NCBI GenBank assembly: GCA_947588795.1
Contig: CANPZJ010000001.1
Span: 1-44,609 of the forward strand
Length of the DNA stretch: 44,609 nucleotides
Reading direction: 5' to 3'
Origin: an uncultured Bacilli bacterium
Lineage (GTDB): Bacteria; Bacillota_I; Bacilli_A; RF39; UBA660
Positions 26,019 through 33,795 of the stretch are shown here, piece after piece. The translations under genes were made by a program, and so were the position numbers. Within the stretch, counting starts at the first letter, position 1, and each line of letters starts with the position of its first letter. The notes under the pieces are model-generated. The model did no database searches. It was not told the DNA's origin and was given only the letters and a program-made list of their open reading frames with translations.

Positions 26019-26783
26019 TTAGTCACTTATTTTCTTGGCCACTACAACAAAGCGACCATTTTCTCTTGAATATTCACAAGTTGATAAAGTAATTAATTTA
26101 TCACCATATTTGGCATCTACTCCAGTATCAAATTTTGATGCCTTTTTGGCATTACTGACAAAATCATTATATGCTTCTTCACTTTCGGCATTAACAAAAT
26201 AATAATAACGAAAAACATTAGTCTCATTTGAATAATATACTCTACTATAGAATATTGCTAATATTTCATAAGTAGCATCTTCTTCTAAAGTAGTTAAATT
26301 AATCGTTTTATGTTCTTCATAAAAATCTTTTTTCGCATATTTAATTAATGGTTCAAACATTAAACCATATTTATTTCGATGACCATATATTTGTAAATTA
26401 TCACTTTCATTTATTTTGACATCTTTATCAAAATAAATGGCTCCCGCTGATGATTTTTCATTTTTATAATTATGGTTTAAATAATAGTCATTATCCGTTG
26501 TTTCTACTACTGGATAATTAATATCTGTTCCTTCTATTTCTAACCAAGCTACGACATTTTCATAACTTTTATGTAACTCTTTTAATTTATTAATTTTTTG
26601 TTCATGAATATCTTCTTTTTGATCTATATCATGAAATATATTAGATACATCTTTGTAAGTATTTTTATCATTACTTGCATTAGTTAATTCTACTACTATA
26701 TATGATATGCCTAGAATTATAATTAGTAACAATATAATAATTATAATAATTTTTATCGGTTTTTTGAGTTTTCTCTTATGCAT
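26019..26783 (-). CDS. srtB: Class B sortase
   Basis: 254 aa with an N-terminal TM. Motifs are VAWLEIEGTDINYPVVETTDNDYYLNH, IYGHRNKYGLMFEPLIKY, the catalytic LITLSTCEY and a downstream RFVVVAK. Confidence 0.9.
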   Translation of the reverse strand: MHKRKLKKPIKIIIIIILLLIIILGISYIVVELTNASNDKNTYKDVSNIFHDIDQKEDIHEQKINKLKELHKSYENVVAWLEIEGTDINYPVVETTDNDYYLNHNYKNEKSSAGAIYFDKDVKINESDNLQIYGHRNKYGLMFEPLIKYAKKDFYEEHKTINLTTLEEDATYEILAIFYSRVYYSNETNVFRYYYFVNAESEEAYNDFVSNAKKASKFDTGVDAKYGDKLITLSTCEYSRENGRFVVVAKKISD

Positions 26784-26796
26784 AATATTCCTCTAT

Positions 26797-26833
26797 CTAA
26801 AAAGTAGAATTAAGTTTTAAACTTAATTCTACT
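26797..26833 (-). terminator. Hairpin plus T5 between the third TPxLG paralog and srtB (partial terminator/attenuator?)
   Basis: AGTAGAATTAAGTT pairs with AACTTAATTCTACT (26803-26833), a 13-14 bp perfect AT-rich stem. TTTTTAG follows on the minus strand. The srtB SD (AGAGGAA) begins about 12 nt later. Confidence 0.5.
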
Positions 26834-26844
26834 AACTATCTATC

Positions 26845-27285
26845 TTAGTCTTTCTTTAAAACTTTGATTAAACATACACCGGCACATAATACAAGTAAAC
26901 TAGCTAGTCCAATATAACTTGGTACTCCTAAAGTTGGTGTACTATCAGCTTTAACATTGCTTAAGGCAATTACAAATGGTGATAATTCATCTACTTCTAC
27001 TGTTACTTTACCATCTATTATTTCTTTTTCAAAAGTTTCTATTGTACCATTACTTTTTTTATGAAGTACTGTCGCCTTTTCTCCATTATATTTACTATCT
27101 ACATTAAATGATACATTTAATTTTCCTTCATAATCACCATTTAATTTTACTTCATATGATCCAAGTACTTTTTTACCTTCTAATTTTTGATTTAACTCTT
27201 TATAAACATCAGAATTTGTATCTAATTTTTCAACTGCTAAAGTACTATCAATATCTTTTTTACCAACAACTGCTACACCATTATT
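26845..27285 (-). repeat. ~440-bp conserved 3' module, copy 3 of 3 (direct repeat)
   Basis: About 90% nucleotide identity by eye with 27900-28340 and 29171-29611. Boundaries are approximate. Confidence 0.7.
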
Positions 27286-27882
27286 AGTATCTTCTACACT
27301 AGTTTCATTTAAGACATATTTCCTTGTTAATGAAATTCTATAGACTTCTGTTCCTTCAGCATCATAACCAATGTATTCACCAGTACTTTCAGGTTTTAAC
27401 GCAAAGCTTTGTTCATCATAAACATTATTAACATTATAATGTTCTTTTACATCACCATACTCTGCATGATAATAAATTAATGGTGTATTACCACCAAAAC
27501 CATCAGGAAATTCATCTTTATCATATGTTACATCACCAGACACAACTCTGACAACATCATCTATAAACATCTTATGATTAAGATTGAATGTAATACTATT
27601 CTCACCAAATTCTTTTTTAAATTTATCAAATAATTCGTTACCAGCATAAATTGTTTTACCATCTATTAAAGCCTTATATACATCATAATCATTTATCTTG
27701 ATTAATAAAGTATTATCTTCAATAGAATAATCAAATACATTTCCTTTATAATTATCACTTGCCCATTCAAAATCCAATAAAGTTTTACCATCAACCTCAA
27801 GAGCTTTAACACTAGGTGTTACTACTACAAGCATTGCTAGCATAAAAATAGGAAATATTAATTTTTTTAAAATATTTTTCAT
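26845..27882 (-). CDS. Secreted surface protein, TPxLG-tail family, paralog C
   Basis: 345 aa with signal peptide MKNILKKLIFPIFMLAMLVVVTPSVKA. The variable N-terminal domain is followed by a conserved 146-aa C-terminus ending VDELSPFVIALSNVKADSTPTLGVPSYIGLASLLVLCAGVCLIKVLKKD. Confidence 0.9.
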   Translation of the reverse strand: MKNILKKLIFPIFMLAMLVVVTPSVKALEVDGKTLLDFEWASDNYKGNVFDYSIEDNTLLIKINDYDVYKALIDGKTIYAGNELFDKFKKEFGENSITFNLNHKMFIDDVVRVVSGDVTYDKDEFPDGFGGNTPLIYYHAEYGDVKEHYNVNNVYDEQSFALKPESTGEYIGYDAEGTEVYRISLTRKYVLNETSVEDTNNGVAVVGKKDIDSTLAVEKLDTNSDVYKELNQKLEGKKVLGSYEVKLNGDYEGKLNVSFNVDSKYNGEKATVLHKKSNGTIETFEKEIIDGKVTVEVDELSPFVIALSNVKADSTPTLGVPSYIGLASLLVLCAGVCLIKVLKKD

Positions 27883-27899
27883 AATTATCTTCTCCTAAA

Positions 27900-28340
27900 T
27901 TAGTCTTTCTTTAAAACTTTAATTAAGCATACACCAGCGCATAATACAAGTAAGCTTGCTAGTCCTACATAACTTGGTACTCCTAAGATTGGTGTACCAT
28001 CGGCTTTGACATTACTTAGGGCAATTACAAATGGTGATAATTCATCTACTTCTACTGTTACTTTGCCATCTGTTATTACTTTTTCAAATGTTTCAACTGT
28101 ACCATTACTTTTCTTATGTAATACTGTTGCTTTTTGGCCATTATATTTACTATCTACATTAAATGATACATTTAATTTTCCTTCATAACTACCATTTAAT
28201 TTCACTTCAAAAGCTCCAAGAACTTTTTTACCTTCTAATCTTTCATTTAATTCTTTATAAATATCTGCATTTGTATCTAACTTTTCGACTGTTAATGAAG
28301 AATCATTATCAATTGCACCACTAACACTAACATTTTTTTC
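27900..28340 (-). repeat. ~440-bp conserved 3' module, copy 2 of 3
   Basis: See 26845-27285. Confidence 0.7.
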
Positions 28341-29159
28341 TTCATTAGTAACAGTCGTACCAGCATATTCCATTCTTATTTTTAAAGTTGTATAACCACT
28401 ATTATCTCTTTCACGAACAATTCCAGTATCAGCCCATAAATAAGCATCTGTTTCTTTATAATTTCTAATCAAAAATTCAGAATTTATATAAGATGCAATT
28501 GGTGCTCCAACAGGAAAACCTGATCTCCAACTATTATTTTCTTCATCATAAGCAAATAAAATTCCAGAATAATCTAAATAAACAAAATTACCTTTACTAT
28601 CTTGACTATGAAAATCATCATCAACACTATATGATCTAGTTCCTGATTGATAAGTCACTAAGTCATCTGTGATTGGTGCTATAGTTATGTCTTTTATATC
28701 ATCTTGAAAATATATTTTAATCATTAGGCTAACAACTCCATCATTTACATATGGCACTAATTTTTGCCATAATTCTGGAGTTTCTTTTTCAGTTATATCT
28801 TTTTTATTCACTATTGCTTTATATAAATCATAATCTTTTACTTTAACTACAATCTCGTTATTTGCATAAGTAAAATCAAATATATTATTTTGATGAGCAA
28901 CATTATAACCAACTGTAATATAATCTTCAGGTTTTAATTCTGTATTACCTTTATATATCGGATAAATAAGTTCACCTTGATAATTTTCGTGATCTTCAGA
29001 TTCCTTATATTTTTCATATTCTTCATTAAACTTTTTATAACTTTCTAAAACTTTATCTTTATCAGTAAACATTTCTGTTTTCATTTCTGCCATAGTTACT
29101 ACTGGTAATAACATAATAGCAAATACTATAGCAAAACATATTTTATTAATTTTTTTCAT
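27900..29159 (-). CDS. Secreted surface protein, TPxLG-tail family, paralog B
   Basis: 419 aa with a signal peptide ending VTMA. The conserved C-terminus ends ...NVKADGTPILGVPSYVGLASLLVLCAGVCLIKVLKKD. Confidence 0.9.
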   Translation of the reverse strand: MKKINKICFAIVFAIMLLPVVTMAEMKTEMFTDKDKVLESYKKFNEEYEKYKESEDHENYQGELIYPIYKGNTELKPEDYITVGYNVAHQNNIFDFTYANNEIVVKVKDYDLYKAIVNKKDITEKETPELWQKLVPYVNDGVVSLMIKIYFQDDIKDITIAPITDDLVTYQSGTRSYSVDDDFHSQDSKGNFVYLDYSGILFAYDEENNSWRSGFPVGAPIASYINSEFLIRNYKETDAYLWADTGIVRERDNSGYTTLKIRMEYAGTTVTNEEKNVSVSGAIDNDSSLTVEKLDTNADIYKELNERLEGKKVLGAFEVKLNGSYEGKLNVSFNVDSKYNGQKATVLHKKSNGTVETFEKVITDGKVTVEVDELSPFVIALSNVKADGTPILGVPSYVGLASLLVLCAGVCLIKVLKKD

Positions 29160-29170
29160 AGCTTTTTCTC

Positions 29171-29611
29171 CTAATCTTTCTTTAAAACTTTAATTAAACA
29201 TACACTGGCACATAACACAAGTAAACTAGCTAGTCCTACATAGCTTGGTACTCCTAAAGTTGGTGTACTATCTTCTTTGACATCACTTAATGCAATTACA
29301 AATGGTGATAATTCATCTACTTCTACTGTTACTTTACCATCTGTTATTACCTTTTCAAATGTTTCAATTGTACCATTACTTTTCTTATGAAGTACTGTTG
29401 CCTTTTCTCCATTGTATTTACTATCTACATTAAATGATACATTTAATTTTCCTTCATATTCACCATTTAATTTTACTTCAAAGGCTCCAAGTAATTTTTT
29501 GCCTTCTAATCTTCCTACTAATTCTTTATATACATCTGCTTTTGTATCTAACTTTTCTACTGTTAAAGTAGTATCCATATTTTTTTTACCTGTAACTGAT
29601 ACACCATTATT
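29171..29611 (-). repeat. ~440-bp conserved 3' module, copy 1 of 3
   Basis: See 26845-27285. Confidence 0.7.
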
Positions 29612-30355
29612 TTCATCTGCTACACTTGATTCACCAAGTTCATAACTAAATTTTATTTTAGAAGTAAATACTTCATTGCCATTTGCATCAAGGCCAACAA
29701 ACTTATAAGTATAGCCCCAGTTGTAATCCCATTCTCCGCTCTTTTGTAATGGTGTCCAAACAACAGTCGTTTTACCATCAACAGAATCATACCAGGCATC
29801 AAATAAAACACCAGCTCTATCGGAATCATAATAATATTTACCATTTTCATCTTGTTTAATATTTATACCACCATTTAAATCAAAAACACCATTATCTTCT
29901 TCTTTGCCATCTTGGTTATATAATAAAAATGAAATTTTTGTAACATTATCAGGAAAATAAATATGCGGATGTAACCCTAGTGTCCCTTGAACTTCGGTTC
30001 TATCTTCATCTTCAATTGGAATTTCTTTTAAATATTTAGATAATTTATTATAAAGTGGTGTTCCTTCTCTTATTAAAGTATCAGTTTTTGAATCAGAGCC
30101 ATTAATACTTTCTTGCCAAGTTTTGTCTACTAACACTAGCTCATTGTAAAGATCAATATCTTTAACTTTTAACACTACTTCACCATTTTCATAAGTATAA
30201 TCAAATACTTCGCCTAATCCTTGATATGGTATTAAAGTAATAAATTCCTTTGAGTCAATTTCCTCTGCTCTAACCATTGTTGGTACCATAAATAACATCA
30301 TTGTTAAACATAATATTGTTGAAAATATACTTGTTAATTTTTTCAATTTTCTCAT
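29171..30355 (-). CDS. Secreted surface protein, TPxLG-tail family, paralog A (first gene of the block)
   Basis: 394 aa with a signal peptide ending MVRA. The conserved C-terminus ends ...DVKEDSTPTLGVPSYVGLASLLVLCASVCLIKVLKKD. GGAG sits only 1 nt from the ATG at 30355, so the in-frame TTG at 30344-30346 (MKKLTS...) is an alternative start. Confidence 0.85.
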   Translation of the reverse strand: MRKLKKLTSIFSTILCLTMMLFMVPTMVRAEEIDSKEFITLIPYQGLGEVFDYTYENGEVVLKVKDIDLYNELVLVDKTWQESINGSDSKTDTLIREGTPLYNKLSKYLKEIPIEDEDRTEVQGTLGLHPHIYFPDNVTKISFLLYNQDGKEEDNGVFDLNGGINIKQDENGKYYYDSDRAGVLFDAWYDSVDGKTTVVWTPLQKSGEWDYNWGYTYKFVGLDANGNEVFTSKIKFSYELGESSVADENNGVSVTGKKNMDTTLTVEKLDTKADVYKELVGRLEGKKLLGAFEVKLNGEYEGKLNVSFNVDSKYNGEKATVLHKKSNGTIETFEKVITDGKVTVEVDELSPFVIALSDVKEDSTPTLGVPSYVGLASLLVLCASVCLIKVLKKD

Positions 30356-30374
30356 TCTCCATTTCTATAAGATT

Positions 30375-30404
30375 ATTATAATATACCCCCCCCGAAAAAA
30401 TCAA
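30375..30404 (-). promoter_or_regulatory. Promoter with a G8 tract in the spacer, heading the TPxLG/sortase block
   Basis: Minus strand reads TTGATT(30399-30404)-TTTTC-G8(30386-30393)-TATAT-TATAAT(30375-30380), an 18-nt spacer. The core TTC-G(n)-TATA is shared with the three promoters at 1323-4592. Confidence 0.55.
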
Positions 30405-30472
30405 TATACAAATTATTGTAAATGGGAATTGTAAAAAATTGCCAAGAATATTATTGTAAATATATTAAATAA

Positions 30473-30501
30473 TAAAAAGATTACCAATTTCTTGATAATC
30501 T
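30473..30501 (-). terminator. Intrinsic terminator of the upstream membrane-protein gene
   Basis: Minus strand reads AGATTATCAAG-AAAT-TGGTAATCT (one mismatch) followed by TTTTTATTATTT. It insulates the G8 promoter from read-through. Confidence 0.5.
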
Positions 30502-30537
30502 AAACAAAGCAATTTGTATTTATTATTTATAGATATT

Positions 30538-31500
30538 TTATTTTTTCGTTGACTCTTTCCATTCTTCATTATTTGATTTTTCAAATGAATTAGTACGAAT
30601 ATTTAGTTTGTAATAGTTATATTTATTTGTTTTTCGATCAACAATATATAAAATGACACTATCATCATCAATCCATTTATGATCAGTCATTTTAAAACCA
30701 TATCTTTCTAATTTAACTTTAGTTAATAATTCTTCTTTTAATTTACTATAATCATTTTCTTCACTAATATTATAAGTTTTAGATAATTCTTCCAAAGTAT
30801 TAAGATAACTTATTTTTAAAAATTCAAAATTATCTGTAATTTTTTCTTTGCTTCTAATTTCATCATAAGAATCATCATCATAAACAAACCAAGATGTCAA
30901 AGTATTTTTAGCCTGAGGACTATCTTTAAAAGCGGTATCAGCTGCAAAAACAAATGTTGTAGCAAAAATGAAACCAAATACATATTCCAAAAATAATATT
31001 GGAAAAGAATAGCCAAAGCCTTCATCTCTTGTATAATTAATAATATTAATAACTAGTAAAGGAATATATATTCCTGAAAGAATTCGACATATCCAACCAT
31101 TATAAGTAAAATTCAATAAGATTCCATGCGGTAATTTAATTAAAGAATAAACTACAAATGCTATAATTATAAGACATTCTACTATTATAACAAATTTATT
31201 GCGATCTTTCTTAACTACTTTATTTAATTCATAATCAGTTTTAGGCTCTTTATTTTTCTTAAATAAAGATTTAATTTTAGCAAAAATAGCTTTAGGAGTT
31301 ATTTCAATATTTTGATCCGTAAAAATATACATAATAAATTTACCTAATTCCATTAAAGATACTAGCATAACTATTAAAGCTAAAGCATATCCCGAAATAT
31401 GAGCCATTTCTAATAAAATATAATAAACTAAAAAGCCAATTCCTCCTGTAACAAAACCCACTATTAATAAAAAGATAAACATTCCTGTTGTTCCCATCAT
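30538..31500 (-). CDS. Polytopic membrane protein with a C-terminal soluble domain, unknown function
   Basis: 320 aa with AGGAG 7 nt upstream of the ATG at 31500. There are about 6 TM segments. It is in frame with the decayed zinc-ribbon leader upstream. Confidence 0.75.
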   Translation of the reverse strand: MMGTTGMFIFLLIVGFVTGGIGFLVYYILLEMAHISGYALALIVMLVSLMELGKFIMYIFTDQNIEITPKAIFAKIKSLFKKNKEPKTDYELNKVVKKDRNKFVIIVECLIIIAFVVYSLIKLPHGILLNFTYNGWICRILSGIYIPLLVINIINYTRDEGFGYSFPILFLEYVFGFIFATTFVFAADTAFKDSPQAKNTLTSWFVYDDDSYDEIRSKEKITDNFEFLKISYLNTLEELSKTYNISEENDYSKLKEELLTKVKLERYGFKMTDHKWIDDDSVILYIVDRKTNKYNYYKLNIRTNSFEKSNNEEWKESTKK

Positions 31501-31509
31501 TTCACACTC

Positions 31510-31608
31510 CTAAACATTATTTTTTTGGTTTTCTTTTACTTTTACACCACAATTAGCACAAAATTTCATTTCTTCATCTAATTTACTTTCGCATTCTTTT
31601 CAATACAT
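31510..31608 (-). pseudogene. Decayed zinc-ribbon N-terminal module (duplicate of the 5' end of 17763-18095)
   Basis: Reads M Y * K E C E S K L D E E M K F C A N C G V K V K E N Q K N N V *. The TGA at 31600-31602 replaces the TGC (Cys) of the intact paralog. About 90% nt identity to 18021-18115, including the AAGGAGAG SD. It is in the same frame as 30538-31500. Confidence 0.55.
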
Positions 31609-31764
31609 ATTTCTTACTCTCCTTCAAATTCAAAATTATTAGAATTTGTATTCCTATTTAATTATACTATATTATTTTATAATATGCCACACAGTTTTTT
31701 CTAAAATTATATGGTTAATTTTCATTTGAAAGTGAGTTTTAATAGCAAATTAAAAATAATTCTT

Positions 31765-31798
31765 AAAAAAAATATCAGTTCTTTCAAACTGATATTTT
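31765..31798 (-). terminator. Intrinsic terminator
   Basis: ATATCAGTT pairs with AACTGATAT, and T8 follows on the minus strand. It lies directly 3' of the stop at 31802. Confidence 0.65.
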
Positions 31799-31801
31799 CA
31801 A

Positions 31802-32224
31802 TTAATGTTTATCTTGTAACATATTTAGTAAGTCAATTTTAAACATATCTTTTGAAGCATTAGCTTTAGATATCATTATACCTTTATAAGTTGTAAGTTC
31901 AGACATATGTCCTTCAAGTAAGATATCTCTAGGTGTAATTTCTTCAAGCATAACAACACCTTCTTTTTTATGAACTGTATAAATTAATTTAACTTCACCA
32001 TGTATTTGCGTAAACATTTTATCACTTGGTAATTTAAGTTCATAAGTTTCCGTACCATTAGCTCTATTAGAAGAAATCTTTTCCCCTAAAAACTTACCAT
32101 TTCTAAGAGCTGGATAGAATTCAAAGTTTAACTTTTTAAAAGCTAACATATTGTATTTCTTTAAAGCTCTTTCTAATTTTTTAAATTCATTTTCGTTTAT
32201 GTAATCCAAAATATAACCTTTCAT
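31802..32224 (-). CDS. Hypothetical protein
   Basis: About 140 aa. I prefer the ATG at 32222-32224 (MKGYIL), 10 nt after AAGGGGG. No confident family. The GEVKLIYTVHKKEGVVMLEEITP strand-turn-strand is vaguely RelE/ParE-like. Confidence 0.6.
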   Translation of the reverse strand: MKGYILDYINENEFKKLERALKKYNMLAFKKLNFEFYPALRNGKFLGEKISSNRANGTETYELKLPSDKMFTQIHGEVKLIYTVHKKEGVVMLEEITPRDILLEGHMSELTTYKGIMISKANASKDMFKIDLLNMLQDKH

Positions 32225-32364
32225 AACTGTCATACCCCCTTAATTACGAGATAAGTATAACACAAATAAAAAGAAATGTCAACTATTTGTATATTAAAAA
32301 CAAATTGTTGGCGTTTTTACTTAAAAGTTTGATATAATTATACAACTTAATTTTGACAAACTTT

Positions 32365-32610
32365 TTATTTTAAATTAACAATGGTTTCACCTAAATTCCA
32401 ATTATTTAACGCAAAACTTTGCACATTTTTATTTTCTTTTAAAATTTGGTGTACTTCTCTAGTCAAAATATTAGTGCTTTTGCCATGAATAATAACTATT
32501 TCTTTATTACCCATTTTGACATTATCATTAATAAATTCGGTAACTAAAGCATAGATGACCGCTACTTCTTCACCATGTAAATCAATTCTAGGCGTTTTGG
32601 GAGTTATCAT
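32365..32610 (-). CDS. Smr (small MutS-related) domain protein
   Basis: 81 aa. IDLHGEEVAVIYALV...VIIHGKSTNILTREVHQIL...GETIVNL matches the Smr pattern. AGGAG lies 6 nt upstream. It overlaps the end of the kinase gene by 23 nt. Confidence 0.8.
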   Translation of the reverse strand: MITPKTPRIDLHGEEVAVIYALVTEFINDNVKMGNKEIVIIHGKSTNILTREVHQILKENKNVQSFALNNWNLGETIVNLK

Positions 32611-33742
32611 TATTTACTCCTGTAGGAGTTACCGGTGGCACAGTATTAGGATTGGCTGGAGCACTTGTTACTGGTGGAACTGGTGCTTGATTTGGCATTG
32701 GTGTTGGAGTAACATTCGGTGTTACTGACGTTTGATTTATTGGAGCTTCTGTTGTATTCATATTAACTTGATTTGAATTAACATTTGGATCTTGAACATT
32801 TTGTGTTGTTGTTTGGTTTTGAACTTGATTTTGATCCTGTTTACCAAATTTACTTTCATAATAATTTGATACTTCTGTTAAAGCTGGTATAGCAAGTCTA
32901 GATGTAAGTTTAGTAGTACTTAAAGAAGCCGCAATGGTAGCATAAGTAACAGCTTTCTCTAAATCAAAACCACGACCAATCGAATAAGCAAAAGCACCAC
33001 CAAATGTATCTCCTGCTCCATTAGTATCAACTATTCCTACTCTTACTGGTGGAAGAATTTTAACTTGATCATTTAAAGCATATAAAGCTCCTCTTTCACC
33101 TAAAGTAATCACTATTTCAGCTTTACTAAATTTTTGTTTCAATTTATTATATATATTTACTAAAGTAGCACTGTTATTGAAATCTATTTGCATATTAGTA
33201 AATCCTTCAGCAGTTCCTCTATTAAACACAATATATCTAGCATATTTACCTAATTCTAATACTTCGTTATTTGAAGAAGTTCCTATTAAAAAATTTAAAG
33301 CTTTCGGATATTTATCAAAAGCTGCTACAGTAGCATTTAAATCTTTACCATCACTAATAATTAAATCTGGTTCTATACCAAAAGAATATTTTTTTAAAGT
33401 AGCATTACTAGATAATTCAAATACTGTTTTATTTTTACTAGTAGTATTTACAATAACCAATGATTTATCAGTTGGCTTATCATAACTAGTTTCTATATAT
33501 TCTGTTTTAACGCCAATCATTTCATAATCTTTTTTTATTTTAGAGGCTGCATCATCTGCTCCAAGCATACTAGCGATGTATGTTTCAACACCCCATTTTG
33601 CCATTAAATAAGCAATATTACCAGCATGTCCTCCCCCACACTCGTGTCTTTCACTTAAATGCATTGTTTTATTTTCTGTAACTATTTCATTAACTGGACA
33701 AGTCGTTTCTAAAAGAGAACTACCAATACTTAACACCTTCAT
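32588..33742 (-). CDS. PfkB-family carbohydrate kinase with an ~85-aa N/Q/P/T-rich C-terminal tail
   Basis: 384 aa. It has the ribokinase-like fold signature DTNGAGDTFGGAFAYSIGRG. The tail reads QDQNQVQNQTTTQNVQDPNVN...PVPPVTSAPANPNTVPPVTPTG. Confidence 0.85.
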   Translation of the reverse strand: MKVLSIGSSLLETTCPVNEIVTENKTMHLSERHECGGGHAGNIAYLMAKWGVETYIASMLGADDAASKIKKDYEMIGVKTEYIETSYDKPTDKSLVIVNTTSKNKTVFELSSNATLKKYSFGIEPDLIISDGKDLNATVAAFDKYPKALNFLIGTSSNNEVLELGKYARYIVFNRGTAEGFTNMQIDFNNSATLVNIYNKLKQKFSKAEIVITLGERGALYALNDQVKILPPVRVGIVDTNGAGDTFGGAFAYSIGRGFDLEKAVTYATIAASLSTTKLTSRLAIPALTEVSNYYESKFGKQDQNQVQNQTTTQNVQDPNVNSNQVNMNTTEAPINQTSVTPNVTPTPMPNQAPVPPVTSAPANPNTVPPVTPTGVNNDNSQNA

Positions 33743-33795
33743 TTTTATTCCCTACTTTCTTATTCTTCTTTAATTATACAATAATTAAGATGATT

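Noticed and set aside
15194-31500. The 15-kb accessory block as a tRNA-integrated genomic island or mobile element.
   Set aside because: I found no integrase, recombinase, transposase or conjugation genes, and no direct repeat of a tRNA 3' end. The block lies on the promoter (5') side of the tRNA pair, not at a tRNA 3' end.
31600-31602. The TGA at codon 3 of the zinc-ribbon remnant as a hint of genetic code 4 (TGA=Trp) or recoding.
   Set aside because: The intact paralog has Cys (TGC) at that position, not Trp. TGG is used for Trp throughout. All long ORFs close properly under code 11. A second in-frame stop (TAG) follows. Simple decay is the economical explanation.
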